Assembly: GCA_026002795.1 (NCBI GenBank)
Contig: BPGA01000001.1
Span: 163,220-227,219 of the forward strand
From: Candidatus Pacearchaeota archaeon
GTDB taxonomy: Archaea; Nanobdellota; Nanobdellia; Pacearchaeales; GW2011-AR1
Direction: 5' to 3'
Length of the DNA: 64,000 bases
Each line of letters starts with the position of its first letter. Position 1 is the stretch's first letter. The translations under genes and the position numbers were made by a program. The notes beneath the pieces are model-generated. The model saw only the letters and a program-made list of their open reading frames with translations. It searched no databases and had not been told where the DNA came from. Shown piece by piece: positions 18,758 to 28,474 of this stretch.

Positions 18758-19564
18758 TTAACTTACCAAAACTTTAAATTTTTTTAATCTATTTATAAGT
18801 TCTTCATTAAAGATTTTAAGTCTTTCATCTTCTACATAAAGATCTCTTTCTAATTGAGAAAAGTTTATAGGATTTCCTGAATCTTTAGTGTGTCTATATA
18901 AAAGCAATATGTCTGTCCAATCTTTTTCTCTTGATCTTGCTATTTTAGTAGCTATAAGGTCTTCTAAACTTTTAACATTAAGCTCTATTTTTTTTCCTTT
19001 ATAAATAGGTAAAGATATTCTTAATCCTGATTCAAAAAAACGAAAATAATTTTGCCTTTCAAATTCAATCATCTCTTGAGACCAACGATGGTTTGTATCT
19101 TCTGGACTATAATAGAGGTTAAGAGAAACTTCATTTTCATAACTTGGTTCTTCATCTAAACCAAGTCTAAAAACAGGCCTTCTGATTCCTTTTCTTTCTA
19201 ATTTTACAGAGACCAAATGGTTACCAGAGACAGAAACATAAGGACTTTCTTCTTCTAATGAACTTAGTATTGTGTTAATTCTTTCATAAATTTCTGTTTT
19301 TTGGCCTTCAATGTTTCTTATGTCTAAAGTTATGTCAATGTCGTCTGTTGCTCTTAAATGATCTTGAACCCTAAAGTTTGGATCGTTTATAAGATCATAT
19401 AAATTAACACCTTCTTTTTTACAGATTAAACTAACAATATGAGCCTGGGTTGCTACGCCTCCTACGAATAAATATGGAATATTATTGGTTCTAAAAGAAT
19501 GGTCTATTCTTTCTAAAAATGTCAAAAATTCCTCATCATCAATGCTATAAAGTGCTCTCTTCAT
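18758..19564 (-). CDS. hypothetical protein, possible nucleotidyltransferase fold
   Basis: LFVGGVATQAH ... TDDIDITLD resembles minimal NTase hG[GS]...[DE]h[DE]h pattern; weak. Confidence 0.3.
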   Translation of the reverse strand: MKRALYSIDDEEFLTFLERIDHSFRTNNIPYLFVGGVATQAHIVSLICKKEGVNLYDLINDPNFRVQDHLRATDDIDITLDIRNIEGQKTEIYERINTILSSLEEESPYVSVSGNHLVSVKLERKGIRRPVFRLGLDEEPSYENEVSLNLYYSPEDTNHRWSQEMIEFERQNYFRFFESGLRISLPIYKGKKIELNVKSLEDLIATKIARSREKDWTDILLLYRHTKDSGNPINFSQLERDLYVEDERLKIFNEELINRLKKFKVLVS

Positions 19565-19679
19565 ACAATTTATTTAAGTTTTTGTTTTTATAAATCTTTC
19601 TATTTGTAACTCCTTAAAAGTTATAATTTATTTAAAAGGGATCAGCAAAATTTATAATCCCTTTTAGTTTTTTAAAAAA

Positions 19680-20123
19680 ATGAAGAAAAAAAGAAAAGTT
19701 TCATTTGTTGATGTGCTTCCGATTGAAACAAAATTGGATTCACATGATTTATTACAGATTATAATTGGCTCTTCTCTTCTTGCGATTCCTATAGGTTTTA
19801 CTCAAGAAACTTGGGAAATTGGTGGATTTCTTCCTTTAACAAACATATTGGCTCTTGCTTTAATTTCAATCATATTTTTAGTTATTTTTACTTATGTTCA
19901 TTATCATCAAGAACACATAAATTCAAACCCAAAAAGACACATTTATGAAATGCTAAAAAGAGTTTTTGCAACATATATTATTTCTTTTTTTATAGTTGGA
20001 TTATTTTTACAGATAATTAATGTCGCAGATTGGACAAATAATTTATTGGTTTCATTTAAAAGAACTGTTGTAGTTAATTTACCTTCTTCTATGGGTGCTG
20101 CTCTTTCTGACAGATTAAAATAA
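19680..20123 (+). CDS. integral membrane protein (3-4 TM), hypothetical
   Basis: Hydrophobic segments LLQIIIGSSLLAIPIGF, ILALALISIIFLVIFTYV, ATYIISFFIVGLFLQII. Confidence 0.5.
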   Translation: MKKKRKVSFVDVLPIETKLDSHDLLQIIIGSSLLAIPIGFTQETWEIGGFLPLTNILALALISIIFLVIFTYVHYHQEHINSNPKRHIYEMLKRVFATYIISFFIVGLFLQIINVADWTNNLLVSFKRTVVVNLPSSMGAALSDRLK

Positions 20124-20134
20124 GCAAAATTGTT

Positions 20135-21427
20135 TTAAAGAGAATGAAATTGTTCATCTAATCTTTCATTTATCTCGCCAGCAAAATTTGTAAGCATTTT
20201 TTGTTTTATTATTTGTTTATTTTTTTTCCATTCTTTGTGACCTAAAATCCATCCTAGTTTCACAAAAGCTGTTTCAGAAAGCATATCTTCTAAAAATATT
20301 GCTCCTGCTTTTTCAAGTTCTCGACCGTTAGAGTATACATAAGGATCAACTCTTCCATAAATGCACTGACTTGTTACGCAAACTATAATTCCATCTTTAG
20401 TTAGTTTTTTAATTTTCTTTAAAAAAGAATTTTTTGATAAAGATGAGACATGTCCTAGTCCAGTTGCTTCTATAACTAAGCCTTCATATTTATTCTTATG
20501 ATAAAATTCTAAAATATCTGGATTTTGACCTGGATAGAATTTAATAAGAGCAACTTTATTGTTAAATTTTGCATCTAACTTCACTTTATTTTTTTCATTC
20601 CTTAATTTATGTTCAGAAAGAATTTCTATTTTGTCTGGCCAGATTTTTGCTATAGGCTTCCTATTTACTGACTTAAAAGCATCTCTTCTTGATGTGTGAA
20701 GCTTTCTTGCTTTTGTTCCAAGAATTGCAAAACAAAAATCATCGTTCATAGTTGCATGTCCAACAAGCAAAACTTCTGCTATATCTGAGATTGAAGCAAG
20801 AGCAGAGCATTGAAGATTTAAGTTGGCATCAGAGCTCGCTCTATCAATACTTCTTTGACTATAAGTCAAAATAACTGGTTTGTTTAAATTTTGTAAAAAG
20901 AAAGAAAGGGCTGATGCTGTATAGTGAAGAGTGTCTGTTCCGTGTGTTATAATTACTCCTTTTATTTCTTTATTGTTAAGCAAGTTGTAAGTTATTTTTG
21001 CAATTTTTTTCCAATCTTTAAAATCCATATCTTCTGAAGCTTTTGTAAAAGGAACAATGATTTTTTCTAAAGAAACTTTATCAAATATTTTTGGGTAAAA
21101 TTTAAAAAATTCTTCTGGCTTTGTAAGAGGAGAAACAGCTCCTGTCTTTGTATCAAGTTTTGATGCAATTGTTCCTCCAGTGATGATCATAGCTATTTTT
21201 GGTTTTTCTTGAGGTATTTTAATTTCTATTTTCTCTTCTTTTTTTTCTGCTTTTTTTATTAGCCTAATTTCTGAGATGTCTTTTTTCTTGAAGCCTATGT
21301 TGTATCCTGAATCGAGTTTAAGAAGGATAACCCCTTTTTCGTCTTTTGGAGATTCTAAAAGTATTCCTTTATAGCTTTTATTAGGAAAAATTAATTCTAC
21401 AAAATCTCCTGGATTAATGTTTTTCAT
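20135..21427 (-). CDS. gatD: Glu-tRNA(Gln) amidotransferase subunit D (asparaginase-like)
   Basis: Asparaginase motifs IITGGTIAS and ITHGTDTL; N-terminal GatD-specific domain. Confidence 0.85.
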   Translation of the reverse strand: MKNINPGDFVELIFPNKSYKGILLESPKDEKGVILLKLDSGYNIGFKKKDISEIRLIKKAEKKEEKIEIKIPQEKPKIAMIITGGTIASKLDTKTGAVSPLTKPEEFFKFYPKIFDKVSLEKIIVPFTKASEDMDFKDWKKIAKITYNLLNNKEIKGVIITHGTDTLHYTASALSFFLQNLNKPVILTYSQRSIDRASSDANLNLQCSALASISDIAEVLLVGHATMNDDFCFAILGTKARKLHTSRRDAFKSVNRKPIAKIWPDKIEILSEHKLRNEKNKVKLDAKFNNKVALIKFYPGQNPDILEFYHKNKYEGLVIEATGLGHVSSLSKNSFLKKIKKLTKDGIIVCVTSQCIYGRVDPYVYSNGRELEKAGAIFLEDMLSETAFVKLGWILGHKEWKKNKQIIKQKMLTNFAGEINERLDEQFHSL

Positions 21428-21439
21428 TTTTTATCTTTA

Positions 21440-21526
21440 TGGGCTTACTAGGAATCGAACCTAGATCTGCAGGTTTCTTCTAAAAATAACCGAAGCCTGC
21501 TGTTCTATCCATTGAACTATAAGCCC
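21440..21526 (-). tRNA. intron-containing tRNA, most likely tRNA-Arg (anticodon TCG) with ~15-nt intron 3' of position 37
   Basis: Reverse complement GGGCTTA-TA-GTTC-AATGGATA-GAAC-A-GCAGG-[CTTCGG+TTATTTTTAGAAGAA+A]-CCTGC-AGATC-CTAGG-TTCGATT-CCTAG-TAAGCCC; 22 nt between anticodon stem halves = 7-nt loop + 15-nt insert; intron GAAG pairs with anticodon-region CTTC. Confidence 0.65.
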
Positions 21527-21580
21527 AAAAATAATAAAATTGTTATATTTTTATATATTAATACTTTTTAAAAATATAAA

Positions 21581-22477
21581 ATGAAACAGAAAAATCAAAA
21601 ACACCATGTGATTGTTGTTAAAAGACATCATAAATGGTTAATAGGTGGATTTACAACAATTGTCATAGTATTTATGATAACAATAAGTATTTTTACTTAC
21701 TCTCTTCTAGCTAGGATTGAAGTAAGCTATAAATCTCTAGATAAAAAAATACAGGATTTAAGAAGAGAAACAATTTCTGGAATGAATGCTTTATCAGAGG
21801 GGATTATAGATACAAAAAACAGTATAAGAGAAGTTGAATCTAGAGTTGGAATTTTAACAGAAAGGGTTGATGTATTGAAAGCTTCTACATCTGATGATTT
21901 TTCAGGAATAATAGAAAAAGCTATTGATTCGGTGGTAACTATAAGAACAGATGTTTCTCAAGGAACTGGTTTTATAATACATGAAGATGGTTATTTAATA
22001 ACTAATGCCCATGTTTTATATGGTGCAAGATATGCAGAAGCTATAACTTCTAATCAAAAAAAATTGAAATTAAATCTTTTAGGTTATGATTCACTTATGG
22101 ATATAGCTCTATTGAAAATAGAAGGAAGTTATAAGCCTTTAAAACTAGCAAATTCTGATAATGTTGCTGTAGGAGAGAGAGTAATTGCAATAGGAAATCC
22201 TTTAGGGTTACAATTCTCAGTTTCTCAAGGAATTGTTTCTGGAATTCATAGAGTTGGACCAAATGGTGTTGCAGCATATATACAAACAGACGCAGCACTA
22301 AATCCGGGAAATTCTGGCGGTCCTTTAATAAACAAAAATGGAGAAGTTATAGGAATAAACAATTTCAAAGCATCTGAAGGAGAAAATTTGGGTTTTGCTC
22401 TTGAATCAAACTTTATTAAAAATAGCGTGAATTCAATATATAAGCAATTTTATGAAACCAACAATAATCTTTTATAA
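21581..22477 (+). CDS. membrane-anchored trypsin-like serine protease (HtrA/S1C family, no PDZ)
   Basis: N-terminal TM helix; catalytic His (TNAHV), Asp (DIALLKI), Ser (GNSGGPL). Confidence 0.85.
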   Translation: MKQKNQKHHVIVVKRHHKWLIGGFTTIVIVFMITISIFTYSLLARIEVSYKSLDKKIQDLRRETISGMNALSEGIIDTKNSIREVESRVGILTERVDVLKASTSDDFSGIIEKAIDSVVTIRTDVSQGTGFIIHEDGYLITNAHVLYGARYAEAITSNQKKLKLNLLGYDSLMDIALLKIEGSYKPLKLANSDNVAVGERVIAIGNPLGLQFSVSQGIVSGIHRVGPNGVAAYIQTDAALNPGNSGGPLINKNGEVIGINNFKASEGENLGFALESNFIKNSVNSIYKQFYETNNNLL

Positions 22478-22808
22478 AGGTACTCAAACTAAGAACCATC
22501 CAATTTCCTGGCCGAAGTTAGAGTCTACGGGGCATAGTAAGATTAAGAAAAGAGAACGAAGGGGTTAAAATTAAATATAAGACGAGAGGGGGTTATCAAA
22601 TTATAAATAAAGATTTTTGTTAATTCTTTTCTTCCTTGTTTTAAAGCAAGAACATTTTCCAGTAAGTTTTATAATAATAATTATTTTTAGTACATTTTCT
22701 AGGTTTACTAAAAGATAATAAAAAATTTTTTAACTTTATTATGTTATAATATATAACCCCTAAATTGATGGGCTGCTTCTATAATTTTTTATTTTTCTAA
22801 AAGAAGAT

Positions 22809-23933
22809 TCAACTTGTTAAATAGTCTATTGTAAGATTATAATTCGTGTCTTTAATATTTGCCTCTAATATTAAATAACTTCCTGGACTAATTATAAGAG
22901 TATCTTTATAATTTGTAGCAGTCCTAGACCATAAAATTTTCTCTGGGCTGTCCCTATTAACTATCCTATAAAAATCGTTTTTGTCTTTTGTTAATCTCAT
23001 TCTTACGGAACTAGAAGAGGTAAAATCTATGCTAACACTAGCATTATAATCGAATCCGTATCCTTCAGGGTATAGTGGAATTAATTGCACATAATTATAA
23101 CTTAAATTTTCATTAAGGTATTCTTGTCGAAGCGAAATGAAATCCATCGTTATATAGCAAAGTCTCCTTTTACAAGCAATCCCAACCCCTGCATCGCTAT
23201 AAAGATTATCCAAATCTAATAAAGTTGAACGATGACCTGGACTTCTAAGCCATCCATCTATAGACTCTTTTGCAATATCTGTATTTGGGTAAACGGGTAA
23301 AAGAATTAAATTTTCATTAGAAACTATATAAGGTATATTTGCATCTTTTAATCTTTGACTAAAATCTACGGATTCTAAAGTTTCTGCATATTTTAAAGTA
23401 CGATGACTAAAATATTCTTTTTCTAACATATCTTTACTATGTTCTCTCGCAATTTGACTTATTTTTTCATTCCACCTTAAAGAACGAATTCCAGACCTTG
23501 GGTATTTTTGCCTCTCTAAATTAACCAAATTAAAGATTTCTCTTTCTATTTTGTTTAAGTCTAATTGGGTCGCATCAAAAGTAGCATTAATAAAATCTTG
23601 ATAAGATACAATATACTCCTGCTCACCGTTCTGGATTGCCTCTCCTTTAAAATCCCAATACATCTCAAATTGTTTCCCCTGGTAAATCCCTTTAAGCATT
23701 AATTCTCCAGATTCCAAATCTGAAATATTTGCTTTTAATATTCCATTCTTCGTTTCTCCCAAATAAATGCCGTTGAGATAAACTTCTCCGTTTATAGGAC
23801 TTCCATCTTCACTGGATGAAAATTTAAATTTAAAGTATTGATCAGGAAAAAAGGCATAATAGATAACATTTAGTGAATATAAAAGACCGATAATGGCAAA
23901 AATATAAAAAAATAGTTTTTTTATTTTTCTCAT
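22809..23933 (-). CDS. secreted CAP/SCP-domain protein
   Basis: Signal/TM N-terminus; CAP-like segment WNEKISQIAREHSKDM ... SPGHRSTLLD ... AGVGIA. Confidence 0.55.
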   Translation of the reverse strand: MRKIKKLFFYIFAIIGLLYSLNVIYYAFFPDQYFKFKFSSSEDGSPINGEVYLNGIYLGETKNGILKANISDLESGELMLKGIYQGKQFEMYWDFKGEAIQNGEQEYIVSYQDFINATFDATQLDLNKIEREIFNLVNLERQKYPRSGIRSLRWNEKISQIAREHSKDMLEKEYFSHRTLKYAETLESVDFSQRLKDANIPYIVSNENLILLPVYPNTDIAKESIDGWLRSPGHRSTLLDLDNLYSDAGVGIACKRRLCYITMDFISLRQEYLNENLSYNYVQLIPLYPEGYGFDYNASVSIDFTSSSSVRMRLTKDKNDFYRIVNRDSPEKILWSRTATNYKDTLIISPGSYLILEANIKDTNYNLTIDYLTS

Positions 23934-24333
23934 TTTTTTATTAAAAGAAAAAAACTTAAAAAATGTTTCTAAGTGGGCGATTGTTTGTCGGAAGGGCTAA
24001 TAATACATCAAATTAAATGAAAAAGTTGATTATATGGAAGCAAAAAACTCTTTAACAAATTTTAAATGGGATTAAGAAGTAATTTTATTTTTTCTCTTTT
24101 GTTTTGTTTAGATTAAGATAAGGATTTTTTAATAAAGCAACCTCCCGATTTAGGAAGTGGTGATTTGGTGTTTTTCAGAGTTAGTTTCAACTGCTCCTAA
24201 CAACTATTAAGTAAGATAAATGCGTGCCTAATTGTTTTTTATAAGAAATAATTTAAATATGTAAAGTTTACTTTAAAAACTATTAAAAACTAAAGGTTTA
24301 TTAAATATTTTTTTGTTTATAAAATGATATAAA

Positions 24334-25761
24334 ATGAAAAAAACAGATATAGGCTTGACCAATAAAAAAAAAGAAAATTTTTCTGGATGGTATACAGAAG
24401 TTATAAAAAAAGCTAAACTAATGGATTATAGTTCTGTTTCTGGTGGAATTGTTATACTACCTAATGCATATTTTGTTTGGCAAAAAATTCAAGATTTTTT
24501 AAATAAAGAATTTAAAAAAATAGGAGTTAAAAATGCTTATTTTCCTAGTTTAATACCTGAATCTCTTTTAAAAAAAGAAAAACAACATATTAAAGGATTT
24601 GAGCCAGAAGTTGCTTGGGTTACAGAGGCTGGAAAAACAAGATTAAGTGAAAGATTAGCAATAAGACCTACTAGTGAAACTATAATGTATGATTCTTTTT
24701 CAAAATGGATAAGAAGTTATAAAGATTTGCCGCTGAAGATTAACCAGTGGAATAATGTTGTAAGATGGGAATTTAAACATCCAATTCCTTTTTTAAGAAC
24801 AAGAGAGTTTTTATGGCAAGAGGGTCATAGTGTATTTTCATCAAAAGAAGAAGCTGATAAAGAGGTTTTAGAGATAATTAATTTATACGAAAGAGTTTAT
24901 AATGAATTGCTTGCTATTCCTGTTTTAAGAGGAAAAAAAACAGAAAATGAAAAATTCGCTGGAGCGGATTACACTTTAAGTTTAGAAGCCATACTTCCAA
25001 ATAAAAAAGTAATTCAAGCAGCAACAAGCCATAATCTAGGACAAAATTTTTCTAAAGCTTTTGACATTGTTTTTCTAGATAAAAATGAAAAAGAAGAAAA
25101 TGCTTGGCAAACCTCTTGGGGATTTTCTACGAGAAGTTTAGGTATAATGATTGCAACTCATGCTGATGATAAAGGCATGATTTTCCCTCCAAAAGTTGCG
25201 CCAATCCAAGTTGTTATAATTCCGATTTTTTTTGAAGGTTATAAAAACAAAATTTTAAATGTGGCAAAGAAAGTAAAAGATAAATTAAAAGAATTTGAAG
25301 TTTTCGTTGATGATAGAGAAGATTATAGTGCTGGTTGGAAATTTAATGAATGGGAATTAAAGGGTATACCTTTAAGAATAGAAATTGGACCAAATGAAAT
25401 AAAAAACAAAGAAGTTCTTGCTGTAAGAAGAGATAATCTAAAAAAAGAAAAGATAAAAATAAGCAAATTAAATTCAAGAGTTAAATATCTGTTGGATGAT
25501 ATACAAAAAGAATTATTTAAAAGAGCAAAAAAAGATTTTTTAGATTCTATAAAAAGAATTAATAGTTTTAACGAAATAAAAACAAAAGAGAATTTTGTTT
25601 TTGAGGTATGTTTATGTAATAAAATTTCTTGTGAGAAAAAAGTGAATAATCAAGGATTAAAAGTTCTTATACTCTCTTTAGATAAAAATATCTTTAACAA
25701 TAATTGTTTTGTTTGTGGAGAAAAATCTAGTTTTGTAGCTTATATTGGAAAGAGTTATTAG
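24334..25761 (+). CDS. proS: prolyl-tRNA synthetase (archaeal/eukaryotic type)
   Basis: FSGWYTEVI, class II motifs (LAIRPTSET; REFLWQEGH), C-terminal zinc-binding extension with Cys cluster. Confidence 0.9.
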   Translation: MKKTDIGLTNKKKENFSGWYTEVIKKAKLMDYSSVSGGIVILPNAYFVWQKIQDFLNKEFKKIGVKNAYFPSLIPESLLKKEKQHIKGFEPEVAWVTEAGKTRLSERLAIRPTSETIMYDSFSKWIRSYKDLPLKINQWNNVVRWEFKHPIPFLRTREFLWQEGHSVFSSKEEADKEVLEIINLYERVYNELLAIPVLRGKKTENEKFAGADYTLSLEAILPNKKVIQAATSHNLGQNFSKAFDIVFLDKNEKEENAWQTSWGFSTRSLGIMIATHADDKGMIFPPKVAPIQVVIIPIFFEGYKNKILNVAKKVKDKLKEFEVFVDDREDYSAGWKFNEWELKGIPLRIEIGPNEIKNKEVLAVRRDNLKKEKIKISKLNSRVKYLLDDIQKELFKRAKKDFLDSIKRINSFNEIKTKENFVFEVCLCNKISCEKKVNNQGLKVLILSLDKNIFNNNCFVCGEKSSFVAYIGKSY

Positions 25762-26186
25762 TTTTTTATTTTTATTTAAATTTTCAGTTAAGTAATAATT
25801 CTAACTCTTGTTCTAATCTTAGAGTTTTTTCAAACAAAAAACTAAACTCTCTCTCAAGTTCATCTAAACTTTCCTCTAAAAAGTTCTCTTCTAGTTCTGT
25901 TGCTTGAGCCATTTTGTTTTTTAGCTCAAGAAAATTCAAGGCTTAAGACCCTAAATTGAAGAAGAATTAAAACCCAATTCAATTCAGAGTCTTAAAAGAG
26001 CCCTGAATTAAATTGAGCTTGTGTATTTAATATTTTTATTTATTTTTTTTATATTAAGCACTAAGTTAGCTAGACAAACAAGATTTGTATTTGCTTTTAC
26101 TAACTTAGTACCCATAAAAGAAACTAGATTATGTGGTTTTTATATTTTTCTATTTTTTATTAAGTGGTTTTTTAATGTTGTCTCTT

Positions 26187-26206
26187 TTTTGTGCGTTTAA
26201 ATTGTT
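26187..26206. repeat. 20-bp direct repeat copy 1 (ttttgtgcgtttaaattgtt)
   Basis: Identical 20-mer recurs at 27325-27344; brackets the NTase/HEPN pair. Confidence 0.8.
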
Positions 26207-26297
26207 CCTATTAAAAAGTTCCATAATAAAAAGGCTAAATTAAGAACCCTCAAAAAATCGATAATTTTAAATATCAATTGATACTTTATACTATCAT

Positions 26298-26861
26298 ATG
26301 GTAAGAAAAAATATCAAAAACGGTAAAAGGAACAAAAGAGATATTAAGGAAGCAATAAAAGAGTATTTTTTTGTTCATCCTAATGCCAAGATGCGAGTAA
26401 GGCAGATTGAAAAAGAGCTTAAATTGCCCCTGCCTTCTGTGATAAGATATTGTAAAGAGCTTGTAAATGAAGGAATTTTAAAAACAGTAAAAACAGGAAA
26501 TGTTGTTTTTTATACAAGCAATGCCTCTAATGAAAATTTTATTCTTGAAAAAAAGCTCTTTAACATAAAATCTCTTTACAAGTCAAGGCTTATAGAATTC
26601 TTGAAAAGAGAATTTAGCAATCCTGTGATTGTTGTTTTTGGCTCTTATGCACACGGCCAAGATGTTGAGAACAGCGATATTGACTTATACATACAAACGC
26701 CTTCTAAAAAAGAAATAAACTTGGAAAAGTTTGAAAAAACTCTAAAAAGAAAAATACAGGTTTTCAGACATAAAGGCATAAGTGAAATAAAAAACACTCA
26801 CCTAATAAACAACATAATAAATGGCATTACTTTAAACAATTATTTAGAGGTTTTCAAATGA
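26298..26861 (+). CDS. winged-HTH plus minimal nucleotidyltransferase (MNT) protein
   Basis: NTase motif VVFGSYAHGQDVENSDIDLYI; N-terminal wHTH-like segment; 4-bp ATGA overlap with downstream HEPN ORF. Confidence 0.8.
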   Translation: MVRKNIKNGKRNKRDIKEAIKEYFFVHPNAKMRVRQIEKELKLPLPSVIRYCKELVNEGILKTVKTGNVVFYTSNASNENFILEKKLFNIKSLYKSRLIEFLKREFSNPVIVVFGSYAHGQDVENSDIDLYIQTPSKKEINLEKFEKTLKRKIQVFRHKGISEIKNTHLINNIINGITLNNYLEVFK

Positions 26862-27265
26862 GAGATTGGAATGAATGTTTAGATAATCAATCAGCAAAAA
26901 GAACTTCAGTAAACAAAGAAAGAGCAAAATCTCTTTTGAAAACAGCAAATGAAAGAATAAGTCTTTTTAAAGAAGTAACAGAAAAGAACTGCAACTTTGT
27001 TTTTGAAGATTATTATACTTCATTAATAGAGATGCTGCAGGCGCTTGCTTTCTTAAACGGTTTCAATATATTGAATCATGTTTGCGTTGGTTTCTATTTA
27101 AGAGATGTCTTAAAAAGAGAGGATTTATTTAGGTTATTTGATGATTTAAGATATAAAAGAAATTCTCTCACATATTATGGCAACAAAATGGAATTTGAAA
27201 CAGCAAAAGAAGCAATAGAAAATTGTAAAAGATTAATAAAAGAGATAAAGTTCATGATAAAATGA
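26858..27265 (+). CDS. HEPN-domain protein (cognate of MNT)
   Basis: PF05168-like layout, C-terminal RN motif (RYKRNSLTYYG) with Tyr in place of the usual His; operonic with MNT. Confidence 0.65.
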   Translation: MRDWNECLDNQSAKRTSVNKERAKSLLKTANERISLFKEVTEKNCNFVFEDYYTSLIEMLQALAFLNGFNILNHVCVGFYLRDVLKREDLFRLFDDLRYKRNSLTYYGNKMEFETAKEAIENCKRLIKEIKFMIK

Positions 27266-27324
27266 AAAAAGTTTTTAGGTGTTGAAAATTAAAAAAATTA
27301 GAATATTAAGATTTACAATTTAAA

Positions 27325-27344
27325 TTTTGTGCGTTTAAATTGTT
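27325..27344. repeat. 20-bp direct repeat copy 2 (ttttgtgcgtttaaattgtt)
   Basis: Exact match to 26187-26206. Confidence 0.8.
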
Positions 27345-27397
27345 GAGCTTTAAGTTTATGTATTAATTTAAGATACAAATTTATAAATTTCTATTTT

Positions 27398-28447
27398 TCA
27401 ATTAAAATGTTTTATTGTTTTAATAAGGTTCTCTTTAAACTCATCAAGTTTATTTGTTGGAATTTGGCCGCCGACAGCTTCTTCATGACCGCCGCCAGAA
27501 GCACCTTCAATTCCTTTTATTGATTCTAAAAGAATTTTTAAAGATTTTTTTCCTCTCATTGAAATATTGGTTTTTAATCCTTTTATATAAGCTACAAGAA
27601 CAATTTTGTCTGGATAGTTATAGATAAGCTCATTTGATAAATGACCGCTAATGCTTAATTCTCCAGAATACTTAAAGAAAAGTAATTTTTCTTTATTGAC
27701 TTGGCTTTTAGCTTTTAATAAAAGTTTTTCATATTTTTTGTATACCTCACTAAATCTTTTATGAATTTTTTTATTTTCTTGATTTTCATTTAGTATTTCG
27801 TATGGACTTTTACAATTTATAAGAAATTCTATCATACTCTTAACATTAGAGGGTTTATCATTTAAAGCAAAACCTAAAATTCTAGCAATTTTGCCTATTG
27901 GTGATTTATAAAAGATATCTGAAGGATTTTTTGATTTTATTGTTAGGTCAGGAAATTTTTTTTCAAATTCTTTATAAAAATTAGGAAAAAATTTATCGGA
28001 AATACAACCTATAACAGCAATCCATATGTCTTCTTTATTTTTTGTTATCTGATAAGAAAGATAAGTAACTGGTTCTTCTCCTTTCTTTTTGTTGAAAAGA
28101 GGATTATAATAATGTACAAACTTTGGAATGTTTTGTAAATTGATGTGATGGTGGTCTATCCAAAAAACAGGAATTCTATTATTTTTAATTTCTTCAAAAA
28201 ACTCGCCAGAAACAACTGGCTTGTCTAAAATAAATACGCAATCAGATGAAAATTCTTTTACTTTTTTAAAATAGCTTTTGTTCAGGTCTGGAAAAGATTT
28301 TATTGAAATGCCTTCTCCTTTTCCAAAAAATCTTCTTAGCAATAGAAAACTACATAAGCCGTCTTGATCATTATCAAACATAAAAATAGGATTTTGATAG
28401 TTTAAAAGTGCTTTTTTAATTTCAAAAATTTGTTTTTGTGTTAGCAT
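27398..28447 (-). CDS. DHH/DHHA1 phosphoesterase (NrnA/stand-alone c-di-AMP PDE-like)
   Basis: Motif I FMFDNDQDGLCS, motif III WIDHHH, DHHA1 GGGH (GASGGGHEEAVGG). Confidence 0.8.
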   Translation of the reverse strand: MLTQKQIFEIKKALLNYQNPIFMFDNDQDGLCSFLLLRRFFGKGEGISIKSFPDLNKSYFKKVKEFSSDCVFILDKPVVSGEFFEEIKNNRIPVFWIDHHHINLQNIPKFVHYYNPLFNKKKGEEPVTYLSYQITKNKEDIWIAVIGCISDKFFPNFYKEFEKKFPDLTIKSKNPSDIFYKSPIGKIARILGFALNDKPSNVKSMIEFLINCKSPYEILNENQENKKIHKRFSEVYKKYEKLLLKAKSQVNKEKLLFFKYSGELSISGHLSNELIYNYPDKIVLVAYIKGLKTNISMRGKKSLKILLESIKGIEGASGGGHEEAVGGQIPTNKLDEFKENLIKTIKHFN

Positions 28448-28474
28448 AAATAAAATAAAAAATTATAAAGTTTT

